Shown here one piece after another: positions 1 to 12,830 of a DNA stretch of 64,000 bases. Every line of letters begins with the position of its first letter. Position 1 is the stretch's first letter. This stretch comes from Octopus sinensis. Its lineage: Eukaryota. The translations under genes and the position numbers were made by a program. The notes beneath the pieces were generated by a model, which saw nothing but the letters and a program-made list of their open reading frames with translations, was not told the DNA's origin and searched no databases. The stretch covers positions 43,524,001-43,588,000 of the forward strand of contig NC_043004.1 of NCBI RefSeq assembly GCF_006345805.1, in the 5' to 3' direction.

Positions 1-50
1 CGTACGTGTGTGTGGGGGGTTTACACGTGTGTATGTGTGTGCGTGCGCGC

Positions 51-81
<31 letters not shown>

Positions 82-88
82 TGTGTGT
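1..88. repeat. (GT)n/(GC)n microsatellite
   Basis: Alternating purine-pyrimidine run including (GC)~10 and (GT)n. Confidence 0.9.
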
Positions 89-624
89 TCATGTGTATGG
101 GAATATTCATGTGTATAATAATTATTTCTTCCTACTGCACCACCCCGAAAGCAATCCCACATATTTTAGCATTTTTATACGTCCTTTCAGCATATATGTG
201 CGTTTCGTAATCAAATTGCATAGGAGCCATTCGCACTGACATCATTTTACCTCATATCAAAGTTATTCAATTTTTATCAATGTTATTCAAGTCCCTTTTC
301 CCCTTGCATATAATATCGGACTGTGTTACGGTAATTATCCTTACACTTATCTACATAACTTTCATTTGCTATAACTGCTTTCATTTTCGTAAGTTATGTA
401 AGAGATGGGTAATTACATTCTAACTCATAATTTTTTGTAAATGTGTCACACAGGAAAAAAATGTTTTGTGGAATTTGATGTTGGATTAATTTACGCCACA
501 GTCAACATTGCCTTTCATCGTTTCGGTTGAGAGAAAAAAATATAACTTCAACACTGGGAGCGATATTGATCAACAAGAACTCTCAGCTAAAAGTTCAAGT
601 TTGGTGCCTATCATAGAATAAAAG

Positions 625-657
<33 letters not shown>

Positions 658-1221
658 CTAGCAGTATCGCCCGGCGTTGCTCGGGTTTGTAAGGGAAATA
701 ACTATATAAGCATTTTTAGAGAGTTATAGCCAAAAAATAGCCAAAAAATGCATTAAAAATGGAAAAAAAATTATGGTAAATTTTTTTTTAAATCGTTGAC
801 TCATCGTAGACATTTTCTGTTTTGGTGTCTTCAAGCCATGAAGTCGTTGTTCTAAAAGAACGCTGGTCTCCTTGACAACGCTTTACGACGTATATTTCCT
901 TACACTCCCTTCCCCACAGCTTCACGAGGAAGGGAAGAAGGGGGAGAATCAACACAGGTGCAGGTGTGACCATGTACGCCAACTCCGCCGCCATCGACAC
1001 ACGAAAAAATATGCATTAAAATGGAATAAAAAATGATGTTGAATTATTTTAAAAATCGTAGACTAATCGTAGACGCGCGCTAATACCCAGACGGGCTCGA
1101 TATGAATCACGACTATAAGATACCCGAATTTGGTTAAACTGCACCGCAAAATGTGGGAGTACTTAGGAATCTAAATCGAAGGGGACAGACACTCACACAA
1201 CTACAGTTTTATATATATAGA
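658..1221 (-). mobile_element. Non-autonomous Helitron inserted in a (TA)n tract
   Basis: Minus strand begins TC(TATATATATAAAACTG) at 1221. It ends with the subterminal hairpin CCCGagcaacgcCGGG then CTAG (661-658). Inserted between A and T with no TSD. Confidence 0.8.
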
Positions 1222-1279
1222 TATATATATATAGATATATATATTATTCTTTAACACCATTACCACTTATAACCTCAAT

Positions 1280-1328
<49 letters not shown>

Positions 1329-1339
1329 TATATATATTT

Positions 1340-1897
1340 ATTTATTTAATTGAGGTTATAAGAGGTAATGGTGTTATTGAGGCCCAAAGGTATCACGTAA
1401 TGCTGAATAAGTGTTAATAGACAGACCATAGATAAGTTCCAGCCTCGGTGCTTTTGCGAACACTGTGTTCAACGTTGGTCATATATCAGCGTTCGTATAT
1501 AAGAATATTTTGCGTAATGAGATCAAAAAACGCAAGGCTCTGTAGCTATTAGAACATTTCTAGATAGAAAATCCTACAGCTGTTTCCAGGATATTTATAA
1601 TTATATCCCTTGGATGTCACTCATAAGGTATTGGAATCTTACATATATACCATTTTGCCTAAAGAATGGTTCTACAAATTCAATATCCCTACGTATCTCA
1701 CATCTATTTTCTTTCCTCCATCCCATTCTCTAGTTTGTATCCTATCTAAAGTATCTATTACTTAACCATCCTCTCACACCATCTCGATGAAGGGAGATAA
1801 TTAATAAATATCCCAGAAACAGCTGTAAGACATATCTGTAAATGCTCTAATATCTACACAGTCTTGTTTTTTTATCTCATTACGCAAAAAGTTCTTA

Positions 1898-1900
<3 letters not shown>
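1340..1900. mobile_element. (TA)n-flanked non-coding PLE-like unit with inverted arms (~1498-1610 / ~1790-1900)
   Basis: taagaatattttgcgtaatgagat...ctacagctgtttc is the reverse complement of gaaacagctgtaag...atctcattacgcaaaaagttctta. Both arms carry decayed HHR motifs. Confidence 0.6.
1782..1830 (+). ncRNA. Degenerate type-I hammerhead ribozyme
   Basis: tct-CGATGA-agggagata..tatccca-GAAAC-agct-GTA-aga; the core lacks U4. Confidence 0.45.
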
Positions 1901-1933
<33 letters not shown>

Positions 1934-3070
1934 AATGAATGTTTTTATATATAATGAACGTGAAATACAGGAAGGGACGAACACGGAACACAGACAAATC
2001 ATTCGAAGCCTTCAATCTTCAGTCAGACACCGAATCATCATAGCAAATTTCGGCTGTTCAATTCTGATATTTGCTCCAACTCGGCCAGCCCCAAGAAAAA
2101 AAACTAAGCTGTAAGCATTAGATTTCTTGGTAGAAGACAGGAATGTGAACGCATATATACATATGAACGCATATATACATATGCACGAGTGCAACACACA
2201 CGCACATACAAACACATAATAGATTTGGCACTAAAAATGGTTTAGCAATAATTGAATGATTACTAAATAATTTATAATATAATACTCGTTGATATCGAAA
2301 ATATATTTACGTGAATATTTCCTGGAAATATTTTTAGGAAATTGCAGAGAAAGGAAATCAAATCTCATTGGCTTGTCTATAATATCATTTAGAAATTATT
2401 AATTGCGTTGCTTCTAAATTTATATGTTACATGTATCTTGTATATGATTCAATTGTTATGACAACATTTGTTGATATTTTTCTTTTATCTCAAATTAATT
2501 AGAATTTTATGCTGCCTAAATGTACGTTTTGAACATTAAACCAATCCCATTGTCAATAATTAATTGTTTCGTCTTAGTTACATATTTATAGATTAGTTCA
2601 TTGAGGCCCGGCAAAATATTAAAAACATTTTATATTATTATGTATTGTAAATCTATAAAAAGTGTCGGTATTTCAGCCCCGAAGGAAAAGTTTGCAGTAT
2701 TCACTCAAATATTGTTTGCATTTTATTCACAGTCAATTAGGTGTATGCTATCGGATTTGGAAATATACATATACATTATAATTTTTGAAATTATCAAGGA
2801 ATTTGAATTTCAAGACGACTTTTTAATGTGTATAGTATAAAAATTAGATGGTAATATTTTTTCATTGATATCAAGATCTCAGTACTATGCTTTTTCCCTA
2901 GTATGATTGTATTATCTATAGACATCAGATCGAAATTAAAGTCTTAAACATAGGAACATCATTTAAAACTATGTAAGTACATCATTTAAAAGTAATTACT
3001 ATTTTTTCTCTCGTATTTTGAATATTGTTCTCTATATTGCATCAGGCGTGTTTATTCTACAACTAACAAG

Positions 3071-3072
<2 letters not shown>

Positions 3073-3140
<68 letters not shown>

Positions 3141-3142
3141 AA

Positions 3143-3174
<32 letters not shown>

Positions 3175-3198
3175 AGAAGAAAAAGAAGAAGAAGAAGA
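3073..3198. repeat. (AAT)n(AAG)n compound microsatellite
   Basis: Direct reading; probably the tail of the adjacent retroposon. Confidence 0.95.
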
Positions 3199-3720
3199 AA
3201 TGCCCTGATGCAGTACCAGGGAGTGGCTCTCATGGCTTCTGATCTTAACTGATTGGAAGTGTTATCATGTACATTATTTTGTCTTGGTATAAAAGATGGA
3301 CTACAGCAAATATTCTGCTCAATACCACAGATTTGCTTGTCAGTTGTTTGACTTTAACCAGTTGAGGATGTCCCTTAGTAGCTGACGATATGTGCATCTC
3401 TGATCACGAGCAGAAGTAGTGGGGGAGCATCATAGCCATGTGTTGAGAGGGATTCTTTGGTGTTTGAATGATTCACCTCTGGAAACATGATTGGTTCTTT
3501 CAACATCCTTAAACAACCCTTATTCAGGGACCTTTTGAACGGGATGGGCTACTCAAGCTGAAGAAAATTCTAACTGGGGCCCACCTGCAAGGTCATGTAC
3601 TGTTTATCTTGATATCAGATCATCATGTCGCGCACATATGTTTGTGATGCATGTGCCTGGTGTACAGGTAGTCATGATGGGTAGTCAGACAGGTAGTCAT
3701 GATGGGTATATTGGGCTTCC
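3199..3720 (-). mobile_element. Probable non-LTR retroposon 3' fragment
   Basis: GC-richer block. On the minus strand it ends in the hairpin CCCTGgtactgcatCAGGG followed by a (TTC)n(TTA)n tail. Confidence 0.4.
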
Positions 3721-4313
3721 GCTCTCTCACTCAATAATAATAATAACAAAAATGATCTTTGGAAGGAATTTAAATATATTTTAATGCATGGATACGCGTG
3801 TTTCTTGAAATCACATTTCACTTAAGATCATAATACGTATTCCTAGGATGATTACAGTACAGCTTGCATTTTCCATGGACATCTGATAGCGTTCACGTAT
3901 TCACTTCTCTAGGCGATTTGACGTGAACTGATGTTTAACTGGTGATTGTTTATCAATTTTTACCAATGAAAGAGTTGACTGGCGTGTGTGGTCATTTCTG
4001 AGTGTATTTAGTCGGGTGAAGTAGAATGTGACGAACATGGGGGACGGTATATGGACATGTAGGTGTGTGTGTGGTGATGTTGATACTTAATTTGATACTT
4101 GAGTATGTAGATGTCAGCATATGTCACGTAAATGAATTAAGGAGTAGTCAGATCATCCGGGGCACTCTGTCAATTGTTGGAAATCAGTGTCTGAGTTGAG
4201 CGACCCCCAAAACCTGGTATTTATAGTTGACATTATTAGGCTGTAGGTGTCACAATGAAATGGAAGTTTTTATGTGCACATTCAAAACGTTTACCGTAAA
4301 TGAACTTAAAAGG

Positions 4314-4342
<29 letters not shown>

Positions 4343-4344
<2 letters not shown>

Positions 4345-4546
4345 AAAAGCTCCTCGAGGCTCTAGCAGGGGGTCGTGGCGATCCCTTCTGTACTGTTTCG
4401 CCGTAACTTTCTCTCACCCTTTCGTCTGTTGGCCTGCTCACTTAGCCAGCCAGCGGGCTGGCGTCATTTGAAGGCTAAAATAAGCGCATTGTAATCAGCG
4501 ATGTGTAGCAACATCCGATATCCTGGTCGGTCACGTGATCACGGTG

Positions 4547-4547
<1 letters not shown>
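4343..4547 (+). mobile_element. 5'-truncated SINE (family A, TCACGTGATCAC tail)
   Basis: Homologous to the reverse complement of 59553-59760. Confidence 0.75.
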
Positions 4548-4606
<59 letters not shown>

Positions 4607-5641
4607 AATTACCTACTGTAATATATATTAAATATAATCGAACAAATATGGGAAAATAAAAGACAATATGAATTTCCAGATTCACATCACTCGATCAACA
4701 ATACGCACTACAATTAAATGTTAACAAGTGAATTCCACATTGATACGGATATTGATATGTATATTTAAGGGTGAAAATTATATGCATGTGTGTGTGTGTG
4801 TGTGTGTGTGCCTGTGTGCATATGTGTGTTTATGTTCATGTGTTTGCGCGTGTGTGTATGTGCGCATGCATAAGTTATATCTTATGTGCAACAGTAAACC
4901 TTATTCAGTTGAGTAGTAATATACTAACATTAAAATACTAAACGGATTTTATCTCGAAAAAGAAGAATACCATGAATTTAAAATTCGTTAGAAAAGGTGA
5001 AAAATCCATTAAGATTGATACAATCATAGAGCGAATAGCTGACACTTTATAATAGCTTTTGATAATTTTAAACGGAAATGTAGCGCTCAAATTTATATAT
5101 ACGTGGAAAACATATAGGATAGACAGAAATCTGTATAAACGTATAACTGTACAACTGACATACTTTTCGTTATCTTGCATTGCTGCAATCGCATTTACTG
5201 TTGATTAGAATTCAGCAAATGAATTTTTATACGTAATTGGCACATACGTGCACATGACCTACATATTAGATTACATTTTGTTAAATAGATTATGAACTAC
5301 TGTAAAAAAAAAACTAGTTTAACAGTGCAGACTTTGTCTTTGTTGTTCAGATGTTCGCTTTAGATAGATATATTGCGAGTTAAATTCTAGTTGAATGCCA
5401 GCGTATTTAAAGTTCTGCCGCCGAACGATCCTGCGAAAATACCCACCAAAACAAAGAAACTGATATCGTTGACAATAAGTGGCAACGTACAAAACTCATT
5501 CCCCTACACTTACTAAATATATATTATTATTTTTCGGTATTCTAATGTTATATCATATATAGTAAAAGTATCGATCCTGTTCCACGACATTGCCACAATA
5601 GAACATTTTTTTGTACCCTCCACAAAATTATATAAGATTTC

Positions 5642-5970
5642 GGATATTTTCGGGTTGAACGGCAGTTTTTAACATAATTTCTAGGTAACTAAAAAAATTT
5701 AAACTTCGTATGCTGGTAGAATGTGTTTATAAAACATCTTTTTCTCTTGGCTTTATTGAGAAAATTCTATAGTTTGTAAGTTATATGTTGTTTTTTTCCT
5801 CAATTTCTGCAATTTCACCCTATCAGTGACGTCCATTGAGGTAAAAAAAAAAACATTCTGTACCGCATGAATATGTCCCCCGTTTAAGAGACAGATTGGT
5901 TTTATTTACGTTTGTGAAGAGAAAAGATACAATTCCCCCCACCGCTAACCCTAACCCTAAACCTAACTAA
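5642..5970 (+). mobile_element. Truncated copy of the MITE at 30678-31097
   Basis: Colinear with 30678-30995, including the left TIR ggatattttcgggttgaacggcagttttt and the (CCCTAA)-like tract. Confidence 0.8.
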
Positions 5971-6055
5971 CAATAAAATGGCGCACATTTTATGATAAGT
6001 TATATATTTTCTCAACGGTAACTTCACTGAGCCACCGAACCACGCTGCATATATA

Positions 6056-6110
6056 CAGTAATCCCTCGCCCTATCGCGGTTCACCTGTCGAGGGTTTTTC
6101 TCGATAATAT
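6056..6110 (+). mobile_element. Pogo/Tigger-like (Tc1/mariner) terminus
   Basis: TA|CAGTAATCCCTCG...TATCGCGG resembles pogo-type TIRs; the other end was not found. Confidence 0.4.
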
Positions 6111-6599
6111 ATGTAAATTTATATTGCGGTCTCCTCAGTAAATGGTGGTTTGCTCCGGCCGACTGTTATTTATATTTGTTGTAATTTTAATTATTTCTGC
6201 AGTAAAAATAATCATTTTCACGCCTAAAGATTAATAAATTGATAAATGAAAATAGTGTGCAGTACTGCTCAGTATAACACATCAATTAAAATATATTAAA
6301 ACAAAGGTTCGTAATATATCGTAGAAGAATCGTACCTACTGTACGAGAAACGAATTTCTGGAGGCGAGTGTGCGTTATTACATTAACGAAGACACGTTAA
6401 TATGTTAACTTTTTTCATCGCGGAGTCTCTAAGGAATTCTAGTCTAGTAGGCATAGAAAACCTTAAAAAACAATGTCAAAGGATTAATTAGAAGGAACAC
6501 GATAGTAAATTGAGGTTTGTAGTGTACTGCACACACCAAGACTTAACATTGGGAACATTGAGAATGAGGGATGTATATATAAACGATGTGAAGAAGGAA

Positions 6600-6611
6600 T
6601 ATATACATATA

Positions 6612-6649
<38 letters not shown>

Positions 6650-6677
6650 TATATATATATTATATATATATAATTCA

Positions 6678-6709
<32 letters not shown>

Positions 6710-7094
6710 CATATATATACATATATATATATACATACATATATATGTACATATATATATACATATATATATATACATATATATATGTATACATATATAT
6801 ATACATGCATATATATATATACATATATATATACATATATATATACATATACATATACATACACATATATATATACATATATATATATACATATATATAT
6901 ATACATACATATATATATACATAGATATATATATACATATATATATACATATATATATACATATATTATATATATTATATATATTAACATATATACATAT
7001 ACATATATACATACACATATATATATATATATATATACATATATACATATATATATTATACATACATATATATATATATTACATATATATATAG

Positions 7095-7129
<35 letters not shown>

Positions 7130-7283
7130 CGTACATATATATATATACATATATATATACATATATTACATATATATATATATATATACATATATATATA
7201 CATATATATATATACATATATATATACATATTATATATATATATATATACATATATATATACATATATATAATACATATATAG

Positions 7284-7329
<46 letters not shown>

Positions 7330-7330
7330 T
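6600..7330. repeat. Long (TA)n/(TACA)n microsatellite
   Basis: ~730 bp almost entirely TA/CA dinucleotides. Confidence 0.95.
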
Positions 7331-7946
7331 GCGTATTTATTTGTGCTTGCATGCCTGTATATACATGTGCATGTGTGTTTGTGTGTGTGTAAGTGCGTGT
7401 GCGTGTTTGTGTATATATGTAAAACGAAATCTTGGGATCCTTTCACGTGCAGATTGACAGTGACTGTTGTAATAGACAAGCGTCTGAAAAAATGATAATT
7501 ACCCATATTCAGGCATTTGTAAATAATATTATGATATGTATTTGCTTTCTGTCGTGTCATAATTTACAATGAAATATTTATGATCATCATTAAAGCCTTG
7601 AAAAATACTGGTCAACACATGTCTCATCGATTATCTGTCATGATCATTAATAAAAAAATAAGGCATAAGCGAGAATATATTTGAAATAACGAATAATTTC
7701 AGCCTCTAATTGTTTTTAATATCAAATGTCAAGATAGAATTCTAAAATATACGATTCGAAAAATACAAGTGAATGTTATTAATATAGTTGGATAGCTCTC
7801 AGTTATGGAAGTTAAAATATAGTTGCAGATAATAATTTATGTCAGGTGAATTGAAAACTAATCTCCGTTTGAAAAAATATTGAGTAATATTCATAATTCT
7901 TTTATCTCTCACCTGCATATATTGTCATTAGTGAGTGTGATTGTAT

Positions 7947-8248
7947 GTGGAGGCACATAGTGTTTAGAGCAGCGGACTCATGGTCGAGGGATCGCAGGTT
8001 CGAATCTCAGACCGGGCGATGTGTGTGTTTATGAGAGAAACACCTAAGCTCCACGCAGCTCCGGCAGAAGGTTATGGCGAACTTCTGCTGACTCTGTCAC
8101 CACAATTTTCTCTCACTCTTTCCTCGTGCATCTTCCAGCTCACCTGCGACGGACCGGAGTCCCGTCTATGTGGGGAACCTATATGTCAAGAAAACGGGAA
8201 ACCGGCTCTTATGAGCCAGACTCGCCTCGAAAAGGAGCAAACAGCAAC
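7947..8248 (+). mobile_element. tRNA-derived SINE (family A), full length
   Basis: B box GGTTCGAATCT. TSD agtgtgattgtat (7934-7946) / agtgcgattgtat (8249-8261). Confidence 0.85.
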
Positions 8249-8311
8249 AGTGCGATTGTATAAAAACAAACTAAAGTATTCACTTATGAAACTATTCTAA
8301 GAATGGGCGTA

Positions 8312-8614
8312 CGGTTTTTCCTTCTCGAACCATGCCTGGCTCATAAGGGCCGGTTTCCTGGTTTCTTGGCGTATAGGTTCCCCACCTGGATGGGACGCAG
8401 GTCCGTCGCAGGTGAGCTGCAAGATGCAGGAGGAAAGAGTGAGAGAAAGTTGTGGCGAAAGAGTTAGTAGAAGTTTCGCCATTACCTTCTCCTGGAGCTG
8501 CGTGGAGCTTAGGTGTTTCGCTCAAAAACACACACATTACCCAGTCTGAGATTCGAACCCGCGATCCCCCGACCGCGTTGCCGCTGCTCACACCACTAGG
8601 CCATGTACCTCTAC
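8312..8614 (-). mobile_element. tRNA-derived SINE (family A), full length
   Basis: A box TGGCCTAGTGG and B box GGTTCGAATCT on the minus strand. Perfect 13-bp TSD AAGAATGGGCGTA at 8299-8311 and 8615-8627. Confidence 0.9.
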
Positions 8615-9134
8615 AAGAATGGGCGTATACGACGCCGAAACTATTTATATTGAATGTTATGCATTCGGTATCATTTCTTCATCGAATGTGATGTAGTCCG
8701 AATTTAACTGATATAAAGTCCGAATCTAACTAAATTTGTTATAGAAAATATGGCTCGAACCATCATACACACATGCATGCACGTGTATATACATGCGTAT
8801 ATATGTTTACATACTTAAACATACTTAAACATACTTAAGAACGTTCACATATATACATGCGTGTGTGTGTGAGTTTGTGTTCTTTTATTTTTTCCTTCTT
8901 TCAGTCACTTGGCTGCGACCACGCAGGAGCACACACACATATGTATTTGTGTGTGATTTTGTGTACCTGTGTATGTGTGTTTGTGAGCACGTGTGTGTAT
9001 ACCTGTGTATACGAATGCGTGTGGCTTAGTTGTTAGGCGTGTTGCACTCAAGATCATAATGTTATGGTTTCTACTCCCATAGTGGTTGCGCGTTTTGTTC
9101 AAGAGGAAATCATCAGCTTTAAATGTAATCATTT

Positions 9135-10250
9135 TTATTCACTTCTGGTATGCCTTATCATCTTGATATGAATTACGTTTTTATATTTAAAATGATTAGG
9201 AACCGATATTTTATCATATATCTTATATAGAGGCACAGGTAAAATTTGATTTGATCTCAAATATTTCACCTTGTTTAAATTGGAATTCTGAACCATCCAA
9301 AAGGTGGGGCATGTTCCACAGTTAGAACGACTACATGTTTTCAATTTTAGTTCTGTTGTTAATGGATATATCTTGCGCTGGTTAATATTTTTTCAGTGAC
9401 TTCTGATTTCATTTTGCTTTTTATTATTTTCTATAAACTTAAAATTATTTTCATTGTTTTGTCTCCTGTAAGGATGGGAAGATTTTGGGTGATGATGTTG
9501 AAGGCTTCCTTGTTTCTAGGGATATGTGTGGAAATGTACGGGAGTATTTTTAAGTCTGATTTAGTATTTCGGCTGACTTCCCTTAACGTTTGTATATCTA
9601 TTTCCTTAGATCGTTTAATGCTATAATTTATTCATGAGATTGGGTAATATCTTTTAATTAATATTGATGTAAGTTCAAGGAGTCTTTGTTCAGGAGTATA
9701 GGTTTCGAAACTATTATACAGATTATTTTCGCTAGATTAAAAGGTATATTAATGTTTATGTGTTTGAGGTGGCAAGAGTTAAATAATATGTATTGTTTAG
9801 AATCTATGGGTTTATAAAAAATGTCTGTTTCGATGTGGTTGTTAACTATTTTAATTAGGATGTCAAGAAAAGGGAGTTGTTTACTGTTGTATTCCTTGGT
9901 GAATTGTATGCTGTTAATAATGTTAGCAAGCATTATCTTGAAATAGAGGAGTTTGTCCATGCTGTCTTTCCGAAGTATGAAGCAATGATCGAAATACCTC
10001 TTCCAGTTCTCCTTTAAATAATTATATATTATTATCAACTTTGTACTACAAATGTTTATACTATATAATATACATTACAAATACACATTAAAACGACGAC
10101 GCGCGTTTCGTGGCTGTGTATAGTAATCTACAATATCAAAATCGATATTCTCAAAAAAATTAATATTTCTTCGATCCAACGATACATAGCCACTCTTCAG
10201 GTCTCAATAACATAAAAGAAATCTACAACATAAATGAAGACGCTATAGTT
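9135..10250 (-). mobile_element. Penelope-like element relic (RT C-terminal part and Cys linker) with an upstream HHR-bearing pLTR
   Basis: ORF 9658-10038 has WKRYFDH..IQFTKE..LPFLDILI..TDIFYKP..SCH (PLE RT). LPYISTH and CSRSNCGTC downstream are homologous to ORF 52309-53151. Stops and frameshifts are present. Confidence 0.85.
10095..10203 (-). ncRNA. Type-I hammerhead ribozyme with a long stem II insertion
   Basis: gac-CTGAAGA-gtggctatgtat...atacacagccac-GAAAC-gcgc-GTC-gtc; intact core and palindromic stem III. Confidence 0.8.
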
Positions 10251-10310
10251 ATACTATACATTTATAAAAAATAAGATTTAATAGCATATATATATATATA
10301 TATAATATAT

Positions 10311-10352
<42 letters not shown>

Positions 10353-10385
10353 TGTGTTTGTACATCTCCACCACCGGATTCTCCT

Positions 10386-10430
10386 CAACTAGAGGAGTCG
10401 ATGGTGGATGTGACGAAACAATTGTTGTCT
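10386..10430 (+). ncRNA. Degenerate hammerhead ribozyme
   Basis: CTAGAGGA-gtc..gac-GAAAC-aatt-GTT; 1-nt insertion in the core, palindromic stem III. Confidence 0.4.
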
Positions 10431-10600
10431 CGTATATTAATCTCTTCACTCTTTCAATTGTTATACACACACACCTATATATATATGCATGTATACATAC
10501 ATACATAGATACATATATATATATACATATATATATATATAAAATATATAATATATATGTATATATATATATATAGATAATATATATATATATATATATT

Positions 10601-10988
10601 ATGTATTTATGTATATATACATGCATATATGGGTAGAGGACATCAAAAACCCCAACAACATGAGAAACGAGAACATAAAATACAGAAACAGAAAACGATT
10701 TGTTTCGAAAAGAAAAAACAAATACAGAAACGAGTCAGGTAACATAATATATATATATATATATATAATATATATAATATATATATATTATATATATATA
10801 TATGTATATATATATATAATAAATATATATATATATATATGTATGTATTTATGTATATACATGCATATATGGGTAGAGGACATCAAAAACCCCAACAACA
10901 ACATGAGAAACGAGAACATAAAATACAGAAACAGAAAACGATTTGTTTCGAAAAACGAAAGAAACAAATACAGAAACGAGTCAGTAAC

Positions 10989-10992
<4 letters not shown>
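10601..10992. repeat. Direct duplication of a ~145 bp unit separated by (TA)n
   Basis: atgcatatatgggtagaggacatcaaaaacccc...gaaacgagtcag occurs at ~10621-10745 and ~10861-10990. Confidence 0.9.
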
Positions 10993-11076
<84 letters not shown>

Positions 11077-12567
11077 TACATATATACATATATTTGTATA
11101 CGCACATATACATTCACACACATACACACAATCTTTTCTTCTCCTTAGTGGTCATATAAAGGATAAAATCAGTTTGAAAATACATTTAATATCCTTGAGA
11201 AAATAATCATCCTACCTTTTTTGAAATACGGGGCATTTACCTCACCTCTGCGTTTTTAGCATGTGTGTATCATATTATCCCTGTGTGACAGCTTTCATAC
11301 ATTTAGGATTTGTTTGTCGACATACACCTGAATTTCGAATTACAGCGTGTGATACACTTCGTTCGAAAACATTTCTTTTTTGTATTGTAGATGTTCTTGT
11401 CGAGTCTTATATCAGATTTGAAAATGTCTCAGTGGGTATTTTATTGCAATGCCCCGACATGCATTTGTGTATTTTCAATGGCTTATTTTTTATTGCTAAT
11501 TGTGTCAATTAGTGTGTTTTTGTTTTAACGAAAACAACTGTTGGTCACTCACTTGTAGACACTACAGGATTTCGATAATTTTCTTGTTTACCAAATAATT
11601 TCTCAGTTGTCTAACGAATCACGGTTTCAAATTTCGGAAGGCACACACTGCATATCAATTTGTAATACTGAAGCGTCTTTAGTCAGGTTTTAATTTTCCA
11701 ACAGTCATGTTTTCTTTACTTATATCTGATTTTGAATCTCGTATCAGCAATGAGAACCAGAGAAGGCTGAATTTCAGTGATTTGTTGCACATATGTTTCA
11801 ATGAACTTTATCAAATATTAAGCTATTTTCTTTTCAATTCTAGTACTATTATTTCTTATTATTTCTAGTATTCAAAGCGCAATCAGTGTCTTAATGAAAA
11901 TTTGTACACAGAATTACTATGTTCGAATGCAATAACGCCGTTCCTGATAACCTTTTCGTACTTTAAATCCGATTGAGTTTACCTTCCTTGTGAGTTTCCC
12001 ATTTTCCGTTGACGTTGAAGTTTCTATGTATACAAACTTCTGTCTCAAGACCACATTTAGCAACATACTTTCTTTAGCTTCAAGGAAACCTGTGAAAATA
12101 CTAAAGATATATCACGGACTAGCATCATCGTTTAATATTAATGCATGATTGCGTGAGAGTTTGATATCTATGTATACATTCAAACTACGGCTTTATCGGA
12201 AATTTTTCCCGAGAATTTTTCTAGGCATTTTGACTTATCAGGAAAATAAATGGAATTTTATTCGTAAATAATCACTGTATTGCTCAATTCAAAAGCTTTT
12301 AGAAATGAAAGAATCCAAATGATGACGGCTATGATGTTTACCCTTATAACGTCTACTTTCATATTGCGTAATTTATCATATGTTCTTACCACATATAAGA
12401 GTAAATGCAAATTACTAGAATACGAAAACAGAGTGATACCCTAGAGTGATAAGTTGGTGTAAATTTTACTTTGGCCTGCGAGAAATAGAAGCAAGATTGC
12501 TCTCATATCATAGTTTATTTTTTTAAGCAGAGAAGTGCATATTAGACAATTAAAATAAATACATGGG

Positions 12568-12830
12568 CATGGGCCCGGGAACAGGTGGTGCACGTAGTGC
12601 AAGTGCATCCCCTAGAATTTTTGTGGAGTACAGAACCAAAATTTGCAGCCTTAATTATTTTCCTCCGGTTTACAAAACGGTAAATAAAAAGTGATGTGTA
12701 AAAAGTAGCTTGAAGTTAGGTTCCTTCTCAAAGAACAAAACACAAAAATAACAAAGAAAAATTCCTTGTATGTAAATATTTTTGGACCTGGATTTTCACC
12801 CCCTAAGCAAATTTCATTCCCGGGCCAGTG
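12568..12830. mobile_element. hAT-type MITE
   Basis: TIRs catgggcccgggaa / ttcccgggccagtg (CA...TG ends). Perfect 8-bp TSD TACATGGG at 12560-12567 and 12831-12838. Confidence 0.85.

Noticed and set aside
2040-2100. HHR-like cagcc-GAAA hairpin on the minus strand
   Set aside because: No recognisable CUGANGA core
5944-5968. Telomere or chromosome-fusion remnant
   Set aside because: The short CCCTAA tract is internal to a MITE that occurs twice in the window
6484-7560. Long YI/HT/CV-rich ORFs here and throughout the ORF track
   Set aside because: They are translations of (TA)n/(CA)n/(TG)n microsatellites, not proteins
10601-10992. Duplication as a functional repeat
   Set aside because: The copies differ mostly by small indels across a TA tract, so slippage or an assembly artefact is more likely
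11180-12100. Possible exon or transposase/Helitron relic on the minus strand
   Set aside because: Only short frames, and no motif order consistent with a known family
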